A DNA stretch of 64,000 bases from Eledone cirrhosa (lineage: Eukaryota). Within the stretch, counting starts at the first letter, position 1; each line of letters opens with the position of its first letter. The stretch covers positions 364,374,001 to 364,438,000 of the forward strand of contig OZ024743.1 in NCBI GenBank assembly GCA_964016885.1, in the 5' to 3' direction. Positions 49,001 through 59,849 of the stretch are shown piece by piece. The notes below the pieces were generated by a model. That model was not told the DNA's origin, did no database searches, and saw nothing but the letters and a program-made list of their open reading frames with translations. A program made the position numbers and the translations under genes.

Positions 49001-51598
49001 AAAAGCCAAACTTGCTATTTTCAGTTTTGTGTGTGTGCGCCTTCCCGTACATAGGGTCATGAATCTTAAGTAATGACCAAAAGAATATGATTGCAAATAC
49101 AAGCGGCTGAAATGGTCTTTGGAGCAATGATACTTGATAGGATGAACAGTTCAGAGATCAAGTAGAGTCACTACTTCTCCGGTACAGAGATCCCACTATA
49201 TCTCCTGTGTACCCATAGTTTACATTTGGGACAGAGGATAGAATTTCTACCTACACCTTTCCTACACACTGAGCAAGGCCATTTCTTTGAAGAGATCAAG
49301 GCTGTTTTCCCCTTCTACTTACTAAGATCTTAATCTTCCTCAAGTTGACTTTTAAGACCCTTTGCTTCTAGACCATGCTTCCAGATTTGGAATTTCTTTA
49401 ATTCTGCCATAGATTCAGCTACAAGTGTGAGATCATCTGCATACAGGTGTTCCCATGGGCAGCCAGTCTTAAACTCCTCTGTTATAGCCTGCAGGATGAT
49501 AAACAGGAGAGGGCTAAGAACAGAGCCCTGGTGGACACCTACCTGCATGCTAAATTCTTCATTATAGACATTGTTAATCCTATATTTTCTGACTGTTTTT
49601 AGGTTGTACAGCCTTCACAAGCCACTCATCTACTCCTAGTTTTCTAAGAGGCCACCAGATTATGGCATGGGGGGGGGGACTCTGCCAAAAGCTTTCTCCA
49701 CATCAACAAATGCCAGGTAAAACAGCTTACTCTTAGCTAGGTACTTCTCCTGTAGTTGCTTCATATATATATATTTCTGGTGTCAGTCATTGGAGTGAAG
49801 TAATGCTGGAATACCTCCTTCAAGGTTTTCATACCATTCTAGTATTCAGATATTTGATAAATATTGATTGGTAAATTAAGTTACGCTTTTTGACAGAGGC
49901 AAAATTATACTTGACAAGATATGAACTCAAATGTAAATAATAATAATAAAAATAATAAAAATTGTTTCTACCTTTGGCACAAGGCCAGCAATTATCCTAG
50001 TGCATTATTGGTGCTTTATTTTATCAACCCCATAAGTATGAAAGGCAAAGTTAACTTCGGCAGGATTTGAACTCAGACTGTAAAGAGGTGCAACTATGCT
50101 GCAAAGCATGGCATCTGACCTACCGATAGTGCCAATCCATAATAATAGTAATATTAAAACTGGCAAACAAATTTAATGAGTTACGAAAAAGAAATGGACC
50201 GATAAAAAGAATATATATAATAAATACAATAGTTAAAGTTTAAATTAAATTAGAAACAAGTTAATTTGTGGATAACTATAACTCTTAACGTCATGTACCA
50301 CATGACACTGTATTAAGACATTATTGAAAAGTACAAAGCAGTGCTATGATTCCATCACATTACACATTGAAGCCTTTACTCTAATACTACAAATTTTCAC
50401 AATGATCTCTCTACTAGTAAAGACACTATAAACATTTGAATTAACAAACCCATCTTTAAATATTTTCAGTTGAATTATTACAGGATGTTAAGAATTAAAC
50501 CGTGACATCAACCTTTTATGTACACTTTTCCCTGCATGCATGCATAGGGCAGCCCTTTTCTAGCACAGCTTCCCTTCATCAATGGCCTTCCTTCCATTGA
50601 TTTCTCTTATACCAAGTTTTTCTCTCAGTCCATCTATGCTTTGCCATTCGTGCATATTAATATCATACATCCATCAAAGCATGTTTGCTTCATTTCTCTC
50701 CAGTAGGCCCCTCGAAACCAAACACACCCCAACCCACTACCCAACTCCATCCTCCCACTCCCGCCAACACCACCCTTTCTCTATAAAGTTATGTTGGTAC
50801 CACAACATCCAGTCCAAACTAATGAGATCGTGTAAGTGTCACGATAAAAAAAAAAACACAGTCCACGCTGTAATGTGGCCGCGTAGGTAACACAGTAAAA
50901 CGTTCCCAGTCCACACTGTAAATGTGGTTGGTGTTAGGAAGGGCATCCAGCCATAGAAAAACTGCTAGATAGTCCTATATGAGCGAGACACGGTCACCCG
51001 ACCAATCTTGCATCAAGTGGGACAACTTCCGTCTAACTCATGCTAGAGTGGAAGATAGATGCTAAACGATGATGATGATATTTCACTTCCATGCTACATT
51101 ACACTTTACAGGTTTCTATCATACAGCTGGCTTTCTGTTTGTAGAGGAAAAACCTTTTGTTGTCAACAGATGCAGTAGTTCTCTGAACTATACCACTTCA
51201 AAAATCATCTAATCAAGAATGGTAATTTTTGCTTACCTTGCAACAGCTCCAAGCAAAAATCCTTCGCAACAAGTCTGAAATTCATAAATTGAATCATTTA
51301 ATACATTAAAGATTTTATTACTAAGGTTAAAAATATAGCATAATGTGTGTGTGAACCCTTAACTCCTAATATATGGTGTCTTTGGTATTTAAACATGGCA
51401 GAGCACATCCCTCTCCAAATCTGAGCATAAGCAAAAGAGGGATTTTGGAGAATCGACAACAGTACTAGCCAGGTACTTTATTGACTACAAAAGGATGAAA
51501 AGCATAGTTGACTGTGGCAACATTTGAACTCAAGGTGCAATGAGTTGGAATGAACACTGCAAAGAGCGTATCTATATTTATCTCTCCCTCTGTATGTA

Positions 51599-51636
<38 letters not shown>

Positions 51637-54600
51637 CATTCATTGATTACTCATGTATTTCATAGAAACAAATCAAGAGCAGAATTAGAACCAACATCAA
51701 TCTATTGCACTCTAGATCTACAAATTTTAAGATTTGTAAACCATGCCAGCAACAGCATCTTTTTTTTTACAATTTAATGACATTGTTTACATGAAAACTG
51801 CTATGTTAGTGTAAAGCTAAAATGTGGCAAGTCCACTGGAGAGAATGAAATTCGACCTAAGAAAAGCCTTAGTTTTTCATTACCTCGCTTAGTGAACTAA
51901 AATTCAGATCTACATATTAATAATAGAAAAAATTAAAGCCTAGAAACAAAATCAATAAAATATTTAGTTTAAAGTGGTAGATATACTTACAAATACGCAA
52001 AGAACAATGAAATTGAGAGGAAATTGTCTTCTTACATCAGGACAGCAAGCAAGTGCAATAAGTGTGACAAAGGTAAATCCTCTAGAGGAAAATATGTTAA
52101 AGAAATGTATTAGAATGAATTAATATAATAAGAAATATGTTTACAACGATTTAAAACATAGCTCTTAAAAGATGTATGGTACATGAGAAAATGTATATAT
52201 GGATATACAGCATCAGATGCCATAGCTCTGCTAAATTCTGTCTGCAAAATAAGTTTTCAACAAAGTCTTCAACCTTGTTTCAAAACTGCTTCAATTTATA
52301 TTATATTGTCTCTCTCTTTCTCTGAATATATATATCAATTTAACAACTATTTTTCCATGCTGGCATGGGCTGGATAGATCGTCATACCTAATTGGAGCCA
52401 CTGACCTTCAGATGAGTCAGGGATCTGCACTTCACTTACATATGTTCCAGCACTAGGTACATTTTATCATGGCCTCTGCACTAGAGAAGTTGTTATGTCT
52501 TTGAGATAACCAGAAAGTCTTCTCAATCCTCACATCATAGGCAATAGCACAAGGAAACACCACCATACCTCCAAAAAAGTTGATCACCTTCATTAAGGCT
52601 GGAGAGAAACCTCATCCACAACCACAGCCAGAAACAAAATATGGGCTTTCACTACATAGCCTCTGACTAGCAGCTGCATGTTGTTGGGTTAACAATTGAA
52701 GTTTTTACAGCAAATCATATCAACATCACACCAACCAGACATGATCATCACTTCTGTGGCAGCAAAACAACTGATCATGCTGGAACATACAGTAGTGCCC
52801 TGGGAAGAACACATTGAAGATGTTTATGAAAGGAAGCATACACAATACCAAGAACTCATAAAAGAATGCCAGGAGAAAGGTTGGAACATGCACTTTGAAC
52901 CCAAAGAAATGAGCTGTAGAGTCTTTGTATGTCACTCACACAATAAGGTCCGTAATTGATTGGGTTTTGCAGGAGTGACAAAAAAGAAGGCCATTCAATG
53001 TTTGAGCGAAACTATGGAGAAAACCACCAGGTGGCTTTGAATTAAAAAGACCAATCCATGGGATGGGGGGGGGGGGTCAGATGCAAGTAGGGGCCTGATC
53101 AACCCTGGTTGGGTTGCCCGAGCAATGATGTCCGATGTTGAAAGACCCAAAACATCTGATGACCCCCCCACCCCACCCCTCCCCTCCCCAGGTCACATCA
53201 TATTCAAGTAGACAATATCTAACTTCATACAAAATTTAGATTTCCAATACTTACAGTGCTAAATACCACAACCATGGGTTTGCATTTGAGAAAACTCTTA
53301 TAGGTTCTCTGAAAGTAAATAGGAACACTATTAGAAATAATTAGCATTTCTAACATATGAATGTTAAATTTCATCTAACTGATCTAAAACTTATCAGAAC
53401 ACTACAAACCTCTTTATTCTACCAAAGAATAAAAAAAATCTAGACTTGTTAATGTTAATACATACATCTTCCCAAACCAACAAGGATGAGATAGATAGTT
53501 AAGTATATCCTACCTTACAACCTGTTAGTCCATTAATGACTATGGTCACATCTTCCAGTTTTATGTGTCTGTAGATAGCTCGTCAAACTGATTCTGGTAT
53601 GTAAATAATTGTTTCTACTTTTGGCACAAGGCCAGCAATTACCCAGTACATTACTGGTACTTTATTTTATCGACCCCGTATGGATGAAAGGCAAAGTTAA
53701 CCTCGGCGGGATTTGAACTGTGATCATAAAGGGACGTATGTGGTCTGTAGCTTTAATTGTGGTACCAACAAACTGGGCTTTGCAAAACTCACATTTGGTT
53801 TCCACTGACTGAATGAATTTCTCGTGCAAGAATGTTGTACTTTTGCTGATAAGGGTGTGCTATAGAGGTCTGTTCTGAATAAGCTGTTCCCAAGATTCTA
53901 TATCTAATAGTCATGACTTCATAAAATTTAAAGATAGTTTGTAACATAATCCTTCTCTAAACATAACATAACAATGGAGTTTGAATGTAATACTAAAAAT
54001 AACATTATTACAGACATGAACAATGTCCACCATATGCATATCTTAGAAGTTTCTCAACACTTGACATACTTAAAATTTATTTATTCACAAAAATATTACT
54101 TTTAATGGATTTATTTTTATTCAATCAGTTTATGCAAGAAAGAAAACAAATCAATTGGGTTTCTTTATCTAATGTTATTCAATTAGTAAATTCCTTTCTC
54201 TAAGAGATGTTTATCTACCATAAAAATTTAAAGTCAAAATCTCAAATATATTTTAGTTGTTAAAAATCATAAAAATAATAAACTAAAAAGCTTACACATA
54301 TAGGAAAAGTGCTATGATGCCAAGGGTAACAATCAGCTGGAGCATAAGAATACTATAAACCTTTCGAATAAAACCTGGAAAATATAATTGAAAAGTTTAA
54401 AACTGTATTCCAAAAATGTAGTTTTAAATGTGCAAGTACTACACAAAGTGTCACATTAATTTATTCAAATAAAGACATTTTGTTCATCAGAAATCATTAA
54501 AACATGGGAGGACTTTACGGTTAAGCTGGATCCAACTTCAGATCAGAAAATGAAGAATTCTTGTAGAACATTCACCGAAGAAGTCCTCTTCCTCACCTGC

Positions 54601-57166
54601 TATCAGGAATATGCCTGGGGTTCTCCTCGCTTAAGAGAGATGCATCCTCATGAAGTGGAGAGAATACTCTGTTGATCTAAACCCAGTCACAACAGCAGCA
54701 TCTGATATACATGATGTGCATCTGGGAGTGATAACTAACCACTCAGAGGCAGAGGTCACCAGAGAAATTAAAGAGCTCAAATGTGGCAAGGCCTCTGAGG
54801 AGGATAAAATTTGGCCTGAGGTATTAAAAGCCTTAAATAGAGAAGGAATTGTCTGGCCAACTCGTGTGCCAAGTAGCCGAGAAAGCACCTAAGCAAAGAG
54901 AGTGATTATCCCAATTTTCAAAAAGGGTGACATGCAAAATTGCCTGATAAAGTCCATGGTTTTTGTCCCGGACACAGCACAGCTGACCAAAGATTCACAC
55001 TGTGGCAAGTCTTTGGGAAATTGTTGGAGTATTGCTAAGATGAGCATGCTTGTTTTGTAGACCTTGAAAAGGCTTATGACTGCATTCCATGGAACCTGTA
55101 ATAGAAGGTTCTACAGAAGTATCGGATTCATGGACAACTTCTTGTCTTGATGTCTCTATATAAATGCCCTAGTATTTGTGTTTGGCTAAATGGTGCCATG
55201 TCGAAATAATTTGATGTGGGTATTGGACTCTGCCAAAGGTGCATACTATCAACTCTCTCGTTCATAATCTTCATGAACAGGATTGATATGTGCAACCACG
55301 TTGGAGGTGGTATCAAGACATGCTTGAGGATTGCCCCCCTCCCACTCTAAGGAATAAGTAGGTGGTGGAGGAGGAAGAGGAATCATTATGTTGGATTCTT
55401 TAAATCTTATTTGTATATACTTTTGTAGATTAGTGAAATCTGGTTAGATACATGGTTCTATATCTGGAAAGTTCCTCTCCAAGGCATAGGCCTGGGAAAG
55501 GTGTTTTTATGGCAGACAAGCAATCGACCATGCATAATCTTCCCTCACCACACCAGCAATGTTATTCAAGCAAAAAAGCAAGTATCAACACAGCTTGTCA
55601 CCAGTGACAATGCAAGTTAAGTCAGAATGCATCAGCTATAACATAAGAATATCATAAACCTTTCAAATAAAACCTGCCAATTCACCTCCCTGTATGAAAA
55701 GAAAATTTGACTGCAACAGTATTTTAACTCAAAGCACAGAGAGCCAGAATAAATATTAAGAGGCATTTAATCCAATGGTCAAACAACTCTGCCAATTCAC
55801 CTGGCTACATGTACCACCATACTAATTATAGAAAATTAACTTTGATGGCAGTAACATGGTAACAATTTTTTTTTCTTTCTAAATAAAGCAAATAATATGT
55901 AACTATTCAAAAGTGGAAATAATGATTTCTAATTTAGGTACAAGACCAGCAATTTGTAGGGTTGATTATATCGATCCTAGAAGTATGAAAGGCAATATTT
56001 CAACTCAGAATGTAAAGAGCAGAAACAAATACTGCTAGGCATTTGATCACTGATCAAACGGCTCTGCCAATCCACTGCCATAAAGGTAGAAATAATAACT
56101 GAAAATATTGCTACGTCACAGTAAGTTTATCCAAGTCTAAACACAGTTGCATGTGATTATATTAATGGTGGTCCTATTTGCTCATCAAAGTAGATGGACT
56201 ACAAAATCTTCACGAGTGAGGGATTGCCCAACAACTCAAAAACATGCAGCTTAAATATGCATTAATAGAACCTTTACTTGGTGAATATGCTTTTGCCACT
56301 TGATCTGAGACCAATTTATATTTTCAGCCTAACAGAAAGTGCTCTGCTCTTCAAGTACACCATATAATTACTGAAGCTTTCCTTTCAATATCTAAGTACC
56401 TTGTTTCAGGTATGGCTAAAGCTCTTGAAAAATATATTTCAGAATGGCTATCTAGGAAAAGAATTTCTGATATAGAATTTTCATTTCCATTAATTGTTAG
56501 TGTAACTTATTTTGTGACATAAATCATGTCAAACAACTTTATTGTTGGATTCTCTATGAAAATAGTACATGATATTTACAAAGTGATGCTAGCAACAATA
56601 TGTGGTCTGAATAATGATCACTATATCTCCCATAGACACTGACAAGTTCAATAAAAGATTCTAATTGGTTCTTACCCTTTAGTGATTTTATATCCATAAT
56701 TCTCACTACCAAATAGAATTTGCTGATGTATACATCTTTGTTAGTCTATATCTTAATAAAGAGAATTCATCAATCTCTAACACAGCTCAATTGAGCACCA
56801 TGCCTACAATTCCAGCCTGTTTATGATCTTATCTATCTTGATATGTAGACTTCTGACACTTTTAGCACCAATGCTAACATTATCTTGACAAATAATGACA
56901 TTATCAATATCACTTTCAACATGTTCAAATGCTCTCTGAAACAGTGCTGGCATTTACCTAACTGCCACTTTAAATAGTCTTAATCCACAGGTAAAATGCA
57001 TGCAATGTTACAAAAATATTAGCATAACAATGACATCATAAACATGATATATTAAAATAAGCAGAGAAAAAAAATTTGTGATAATCTTACCCATTCGAAT
57101 TGTTTTTTCATTGAATTCGAAATTAAATCCAGTGTATGCATTTTCAGCAGCCTCTGGTTCATTCAT
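32435..57166 (-). CDS. Protein lifeguard / TMBIM (Bax inhibitor-1 family, GRINA/FAIM2-like), 10 coding exons, 717 nt, 238 aa
   Basis: Exons 57166-57091, 54374-54296, 53308-53255, 52081-51991, 51274-51237, 48644-48599, 46098-46057, 36427-36338, 35171-35124 and 32587-32435 all have GT-AG boundaries with consistent phases. The spliced protein is MNEPEAAENAYTGFNFEFNEKTIRMGFIRKVYSILMLQL...ACCPDVRRQFPLNF...AFQTKWDFT...FDTQMMIGGRHKYSISPEEYIFAALNLYLDIVQLFMFILTLVGNAQD*. It carries the family motifs and both aspartates of the di-aspartyl sensor. Confidence 0.93.
35124..35171 (-). CDS. Lifeguard/TMBIM coding exon 9 (YATLAYAALGALLFSF)
   Basis: Conserved YA.LGALLFS motif; ttccAG acceptor, GTAAGT donor. 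Confidence 0.9.
35595..35922 (+). mobile_element. tRNA-headed SINE with central core and RTE-derived tail, (GAT)n end
   Basis: A-box TGGCTTAGTGG, B-box GAGTTCAATTC, core CCTTGAGCAAGACA..CTCAGCTGTAGAAATG, then a tail shared with local RTE 3' ends (ggttggtgttaggaagggcatccagctgtagaaa ... cccttgcaagcagggaaaagcggacgtaaaatgatgat). Confidence 0.85.
36338..36427 (-). CDS. Lifeguard/TMBIM coding exon 8 (WDFTTMGGLLFVFLIVLFIFGILCACIQNR)
   Basis: WDFT motif plus a transmembrane helix; canonical splice sites. Confidence 0.92.
36722..39571 (+). CDS. RTE LINE ORF (949 aa): N-terminally incomplete APE endonuclease, RT with embedded PHD-type finger
   Basis: Uninterrupted ORF with YAPQ, GDLNGHVG, SQVDYIL, SQHRL (APE); DLEKAFD, HQGSVLSPLLF, YADD, FRYLG (RT). 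Antisense within a Lifeguard intron. Confidence 0.92.
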   Translation: MSPRGRECEHSSLFRPRMANVIIKIRLVLNKTTVTVISAYAPQSGLPGTIKDRFYETLLLTTSQISDSDYIIIAGDLNGHVGQHCDGYDEIHGGYGFGTRNEEGSRILEFCDANNLTICNTNFKKRDNHLITYRSGEHTSQVDYILTRRRDRVSVVNTKSLPHEECTSQHRLIISDLIVRTRRTRQQKRTILRRKIWKLKDPTARNKFQSILLDAFDSKEEHLESDNIEGQWEFLKANLLLATDEVCGWSRPVGRRRVTWWWNSRVEGSIKAKKQAWKVWRDGGSRVDYQVARREARREVYLARREAEERKFKHVLQRDDQKREVFRIARQCVKENRDIVGEKCVLNDDGILAITDTDKKVAWKCHYERLLNEENKWEKDSLPHIDPIEGPAVLVEGSIISKAIKDMKTGKAAGPSEIVAEMLKASGTVGHTMVTRIVNQVVQNGVVPKDWHSSIIVNCYKGKGDALDRSNYRGIKLIDQVMKVTEKVIAQLIRERIDLDEMQFGFVSGKSTTDALFIVRQLQEKYLAKGRPLYLAFVDLEKAFDRVPRSIIWWALRKLGVDEWLVRAIQAMYKETVSKVRINNEYSEEFSVKVGVHQGSVLSPLLFIIALQAITEEFKTGCPWELLYADDLTLIAESMAELEKKFQTWKHGLESKGLKINLAKTKVLVCRKENKAAVPSGKWSCSVCRKGVGRNSILCPKCKVWVHKRCSGITGKLTKNIDFTCGRCSGAISSSKCPQNTSSFNCAEGSIEIVDSFRYLGDKISSGGGCSESTVARVRTGWKKFRELIPLLAAKGFSLKMKGRLYDACIRTAMLHGSETWALCAEDIRRLERNEACMLRWMCNSNIRERQSINELRKKLEIRGIRCCLLERRLRWYGHVMRMKVDSCITKCRAIKIDGSHGIGRPRKTWDELINSDLTHLHLSKTMSLDRDLWRYSVTEKTRLASRHL
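36722..39930 (+). mobile_element. Young RTE LINE copy including 3'UTR and (GAT)n tail
   Basis: Open ORF, retained CpGs, tail ...gttaaacgttgatgatgatgat. Confidence 0.93.
40075..40500 (+). mobile_element. Penelope-like LTR remnant with inverted repeat arms of about 85 bp enclosing a hammerhead fold
   Basis: Arms 40075-40160 and 40332-40416; hammerhead topology at 40176-40248. Confidence 0.6.
40176..40248 (+). ncRNA. Type I hammerhead ribozyme-like motif (A9G variant core)
   Basis: Stem I ACACACG/CGTGTGT; core CTGATGG; stem II GCTA..TGGT; GAAA; stem III CAGATC/GATTTG; GUA triplet at 40239-40241. Confidence 0.55.
40520..41705 (-). mobile_element. Penelope-like retroelement fragment (RT C-terminus, GIY-YIG region)
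   Basis: KPFHKHNE..., IIWFCPHFS...TNLGKKFLALLDKHF, KLGYTCAKNMK and YRNGVMSCKLCIDERVNIL. Confidence 0.8.
41720..45080 (+). mobile_element. Degenerate CR1/L2-group LINE (ORF1 end with Cys/His finger, APE, RT)
   Basis: GLYRPP, MGNFN, ILDLVFSN, NYRPISLTSH, LDFSKAFD, SGVPQGSALGPLLF and FADDSKL; frameshifts. Confidence 0.9.
45170..45972 (-). mobile_element. 5'-truncated RTE LINE
   Basis: Reverse-complement match to 39115-39930 and 5420-6245. Confidence 0.9.
46057..46098 (-). CDS. Lifeguard/TMBIM coding exon 7 (LVSASLTLFAFQTK)
   Basis: Conserved LT.FAFQTK motif; ttcctAG acceptor, GTAAGT donor. Confidence 0.9.
46268..46365 (-). ncRNA. Hammerhead-like motif with U3-A8 core inside an extended hairpin
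   Basis: Minus strand: ...GTGGTC TTGATAA A CGCT CACA AGCG A GAAA CAGAC T GTCTG TC AGCCGC...; closed by ATTCTCGGCAAA/TTTGCCGAGAAT. Confidence 0.45.
48599..48644 (-). CDS. Lifeguard/TMBIM coding exon 6 (HYDQEAVLIAVGITA)
   Basis: Conserved Y...AV..A.GIT motif; AG acceptor, GTAAGT donor. Confidence 0.9.
49200..49760 (-). mobile_element. RTE LINE RT fragment
   Basis: MQVGVHQGSVLSPLLF...YADD. Confidence 0.85.
49960..50140 (-). mobile_element. tRNA-derived SINE (similar copies at about 53605-53730, 55920-56080, 51460-51560, 34110-34250, 34950-35050, 32770-32990, 18320-18410)
   Basis: Reverse complement of the 17454-17667 family. Confidence 0.75.
50500..51080. mobile_element. RTE fragments (minus-strand piece 50500-50705; plus-strand 3'UTR/tail 50705-51080)
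   Basis: Matches the local RTE 3'UTR. Confidence 0.8.
51237..51274 (-). CDS. Lifeguard/TMBIM coding exon 5 (TCCEGFLLGAVA)
   Basis: tttcAG acceptor, AG|GTAAGC donor; phase consistent. Confidence 0.88.
51991..52081 (-). CDS. Lifeguard/TMBIM coding exon 4 (GFTFVTLIALACCPDVRRQFPLNFIVLCVF)
   Basis: Conserved CC..RR.FP.N motif; canonical splice sites. Confidence 0.92.
52560..53170 (+). mobile_element. Hero-like (RLE endonuclease) non-LTR retrotransposon 3' fragment
   Basis: QPDMIITSVAAKQLIMLEHTVVPWEEHIEDVYERKHTQYQELIKECQEKGW resembles the Hero RLE motif RPD....ELTVPWEE....ERK..KY. Confidence 0.7.
53255..53308 (-). CDS. Lifeguard/TMBIM coding exon 3 (EPIRVFSNANPWLWYLA)
   Basis: tttcAG acceptor, GTAAGT donor; phase compatible with both neighbours. 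Confidence 0.85.
54296..54374 (-). CDS. Lifeguard/TMBIM coding exon 2 (FIRKVYSILMLQLIVTLGIIALFLY)
   Basis: Hallmark FIRKVY motif; ttccAG acceptor and GTAAGC donor. Confidence 0.92.
54500..55320 (+). mobile_element. Degenerate RTE-clade LINE (second family)
   Basis: KCGKASEEDKIWPEVLK, FVDLEKAYD and GLCQRCILSTLSFIIFMNRID. Confidence 0.75.
55631..55673 (-). pseudogene. Degenerate partial copy of Lifeguard coding exon 2 (pseudo-exon)
   Basis: AG|GT TTT ATT TGA AAG GTT TAT GAT ATT CTT ATG TTA TAG CTG AT versus the real GT TTT ATT CGA AAG GTT TAT AGT ATT CTT ATG CTC CAG CTG AT. Confidence 0.75.
56170..57010 (-). mobile_element. Very old Ty3/Gypsy RT/RNase H remnant
   Basis: YFSRALAIPETRYLDIERKA resembles the RNase H motif of LTR elements. 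Confidence 0.4.
57091..57166 (-). CDS. Lifeguard/TMBIM coding exon 1 (MNEPEAAENAYTGFNFEFNEKTIRM-G)
   Basis: Acceptor ttgttccAG before 57190 and an in-frame TAA upstream of the ATG at 57166; G|GTAAG donor. This implies a further 5'UTR exon upstream. Confidence 0.85.
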
Positions 57167-57984
57167 TTTCAAAACTTTGAATTAATTCTTCTGGAACAAA
57201 TAATAGATGTCAAATATGGGAATTAAATATATAAAACATATCTCAATCTACTGAATTCTTGAAGAAAAAGAAAATTAATTTGTAAAGTAACTGTCATCAG
57301 GTTTTCAATATAATACATATATTTACAAGATGAAATGACAATCCTCTCATAAACATTTATTTATTCCTATTAAAAATTAAATATTGTAATCTGTTGTCAA
57401 TAGATAACAGATGATTTTTCTCCATAAAAATAAAATATTTTCACACTTTGATAGATGGAGACTGTAATGAAGTACATTGCATGTGTGAGCACATGTATAC
57501 ATAAGCATGTGTGTATGCATATCTCTCTTTCCAAGCAACACATTTTAAAAGAGACCGGTGACATTTGTTTCCAATATTTCATCCCACATAAAACAATACA
57601 TTCCACAGTTTACAATCCAACAAGATCATCAGTATATATAAAAAATACCAAAATTATATCAGTAATCAAAAGAAAAATCATTAGAGAGATAACTTTGAAG
57701 TTTAAATAGATTTAAAATTGAATGGGGACGAGCAATAGTGAACGATCTGTTGATAAGCAGATAACTGTAGACATGTTTCCGTTTCATTAGCTTTCCTCGA
57801 TCAAGCATCTTTTTCATACACCTACTCGTTACCATCTTCAGATACCACAGTCTTAGCTACAGAGAAGTTTTTTTTGGCAACAGATGAAACTCTTCATGTC
57901 CTTTTCATAAGAAATGAAAGGGCATACAATTCAATCTGGTCAGATGTTTCCCCAAAACAGTAGTGTACACTACTGAAGTGATGT

Positions 57985-59690
57985 ATCATCATCATCACCG
58001 TTTTACGTCCGTTCTTCCATGCTAGCATGGGTTAGACGGGTTGGCCTGTTGTGGACAGTGTCTGGTCGGCTGACCATGCCTTGTTCATACAGGAACTGAT
58101 TTTAGCTTGATTTCTACAGCTGGATGGCCTTCCTAACACCAACCTCATTTACAGTGAGTGCTGGGTGCTTTTTTCCGTGGCGCCTACACGTCCACTTTAC
58201 AGTGTGGGCTGGGTGCTTTTTTGCTGTGGCACCTCCACGACCACTTTGCAGTGGAAGGGTGTGGGGCATATTGTCTATATGCTTCAGCTTGTACCCATGG
58301 GAGGTCGGGTACTCTGTACTACTGCATGACGCCAGCGGTCACAGTCGTTCACCTTTGAGAGGTGTAATTGGGTAAGGTCGGCTTTTATCACCTCATCCCA
58401 GGTCTTCTTGGGTCTCCCCACTCCACGGTTTCCATTGACTTCTAGTGCTCTGCACCTTTTTATGCAGCTGTCATCCTTCATACGCATCACATGTCCATAC
58501 CAACGCAACCGCCTCTCCTGCACACAGCATTTGATTCCTCTTATGCTCAGTCTCTCTCTCAATTCATTTATGCTTTGCCGTTCACGTATATTACTATTAT
58601 ACATCCATCGGAGCATGCAGGCTTTGTTTCTTTCTAATCTACGTAAGTCTTCCACCTTCAGCGCCCAGGTCTCACTACCATACAACATTGCTGTTCGTAT
58701 ACACGCATCATACAGTCTGCCTTTCATTTTGAGGGAAAAGCCTTTTGCAGCTAGCAGTGGCAGTAGTTCCCTAAACTTCTTCCATCCCGTTCTTACCCTA
58801 GTTATTGTACTTTCTGAACACCCACCTCCGCTGCTAATTCGGTCACCTAGGTAGCAGAAGCTGTCTACTGTTTCTACAGAGCCCTCCCAGAGATTGGTGG
58901 TACTTGTTTCCTGTGGCTGTTTGCTGCTTGCTGTCCCAGCACAGCTGCTACATGTGAAGCCTACATTCTTAATTAAGCTTCCCGAGATCCCGCTACATCT
59001 CTTGTGTATCCATTGTTTGCATTTGGGGCAGAAAATGGAGTTCCTACCTACACCTTTCCTACATACTGAGCAAGGCCATTTCCCTTAGGGGTTCTGGATT
59101 CTGTTTTCTAGTCTACTTACAAGGACCTTAGTCTTTGTCAGGTTGACTTTGAGACCCTTTCTTTCTAGTCCCTGCTTCCAAGTTTGGAATTTCTTTAGTT
59201 CTACCATAGATTCAGCTATAAGTGCGAGGTCATCTGCATACAGGAGTTCCCATGGGCATCTGGTCTTAAACTCCTCCGTTATTGCCTGCAGGACTATGAT
59301 GAACAGGAGAGGGCTAAGAACAGAGCCCTGGTGGACACCAACCTGTACACTAAATTCCTCGCTATACTCATTGCTAATCCTAACTTTGCTGACTGCTCCC
59401 CTATACATGGCTTGTACAGCTTTCACAAGCCATTCATCTACTCCTAGTTTTCTAAGAGCCCACCAGATTATAGCACGTGGAACTCTGTCAAAGGCTCTCT
59501 CGAGATCGACGAATGCCAGGTAGAGTGGCTTACTTTTAGCTAGGTACTTTTCCTGTAACTGCCTCACAAGGAAGATGGCATGCGTGGTGCCTCTTCCTGG
59601 TACAAACCCAAATTGCATCTCATCTAGTTTCACCCGGTCCCTAATCAAATGTGCTATAACTCTTTCTGTTACTTTCATGACCTCATGTAT
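57985..59690 (-). mobile_element. 5'-truncated RTE LINE (RT, PHD finger, 3'UTR)
   Basis: ORFs 59085-59711 and 58284-58727 with YADD and MLYGSETW. Confidence 0.92.
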
Positions 59691-59849
59691 GTGTAAGCCA
59701 TTTCTGACCAACCCTGCATGAACAGCTTCCTCTCAGTTCACCTTTAGGTGAGACTGGCCAACATCCTCTTGACCTCATCTCAGTTTTTAAACCCCTGGAT
59801 ACCAGTCCAAAACAGAGCCTGAGCACCATAACAAAACCATTGGTCATCA

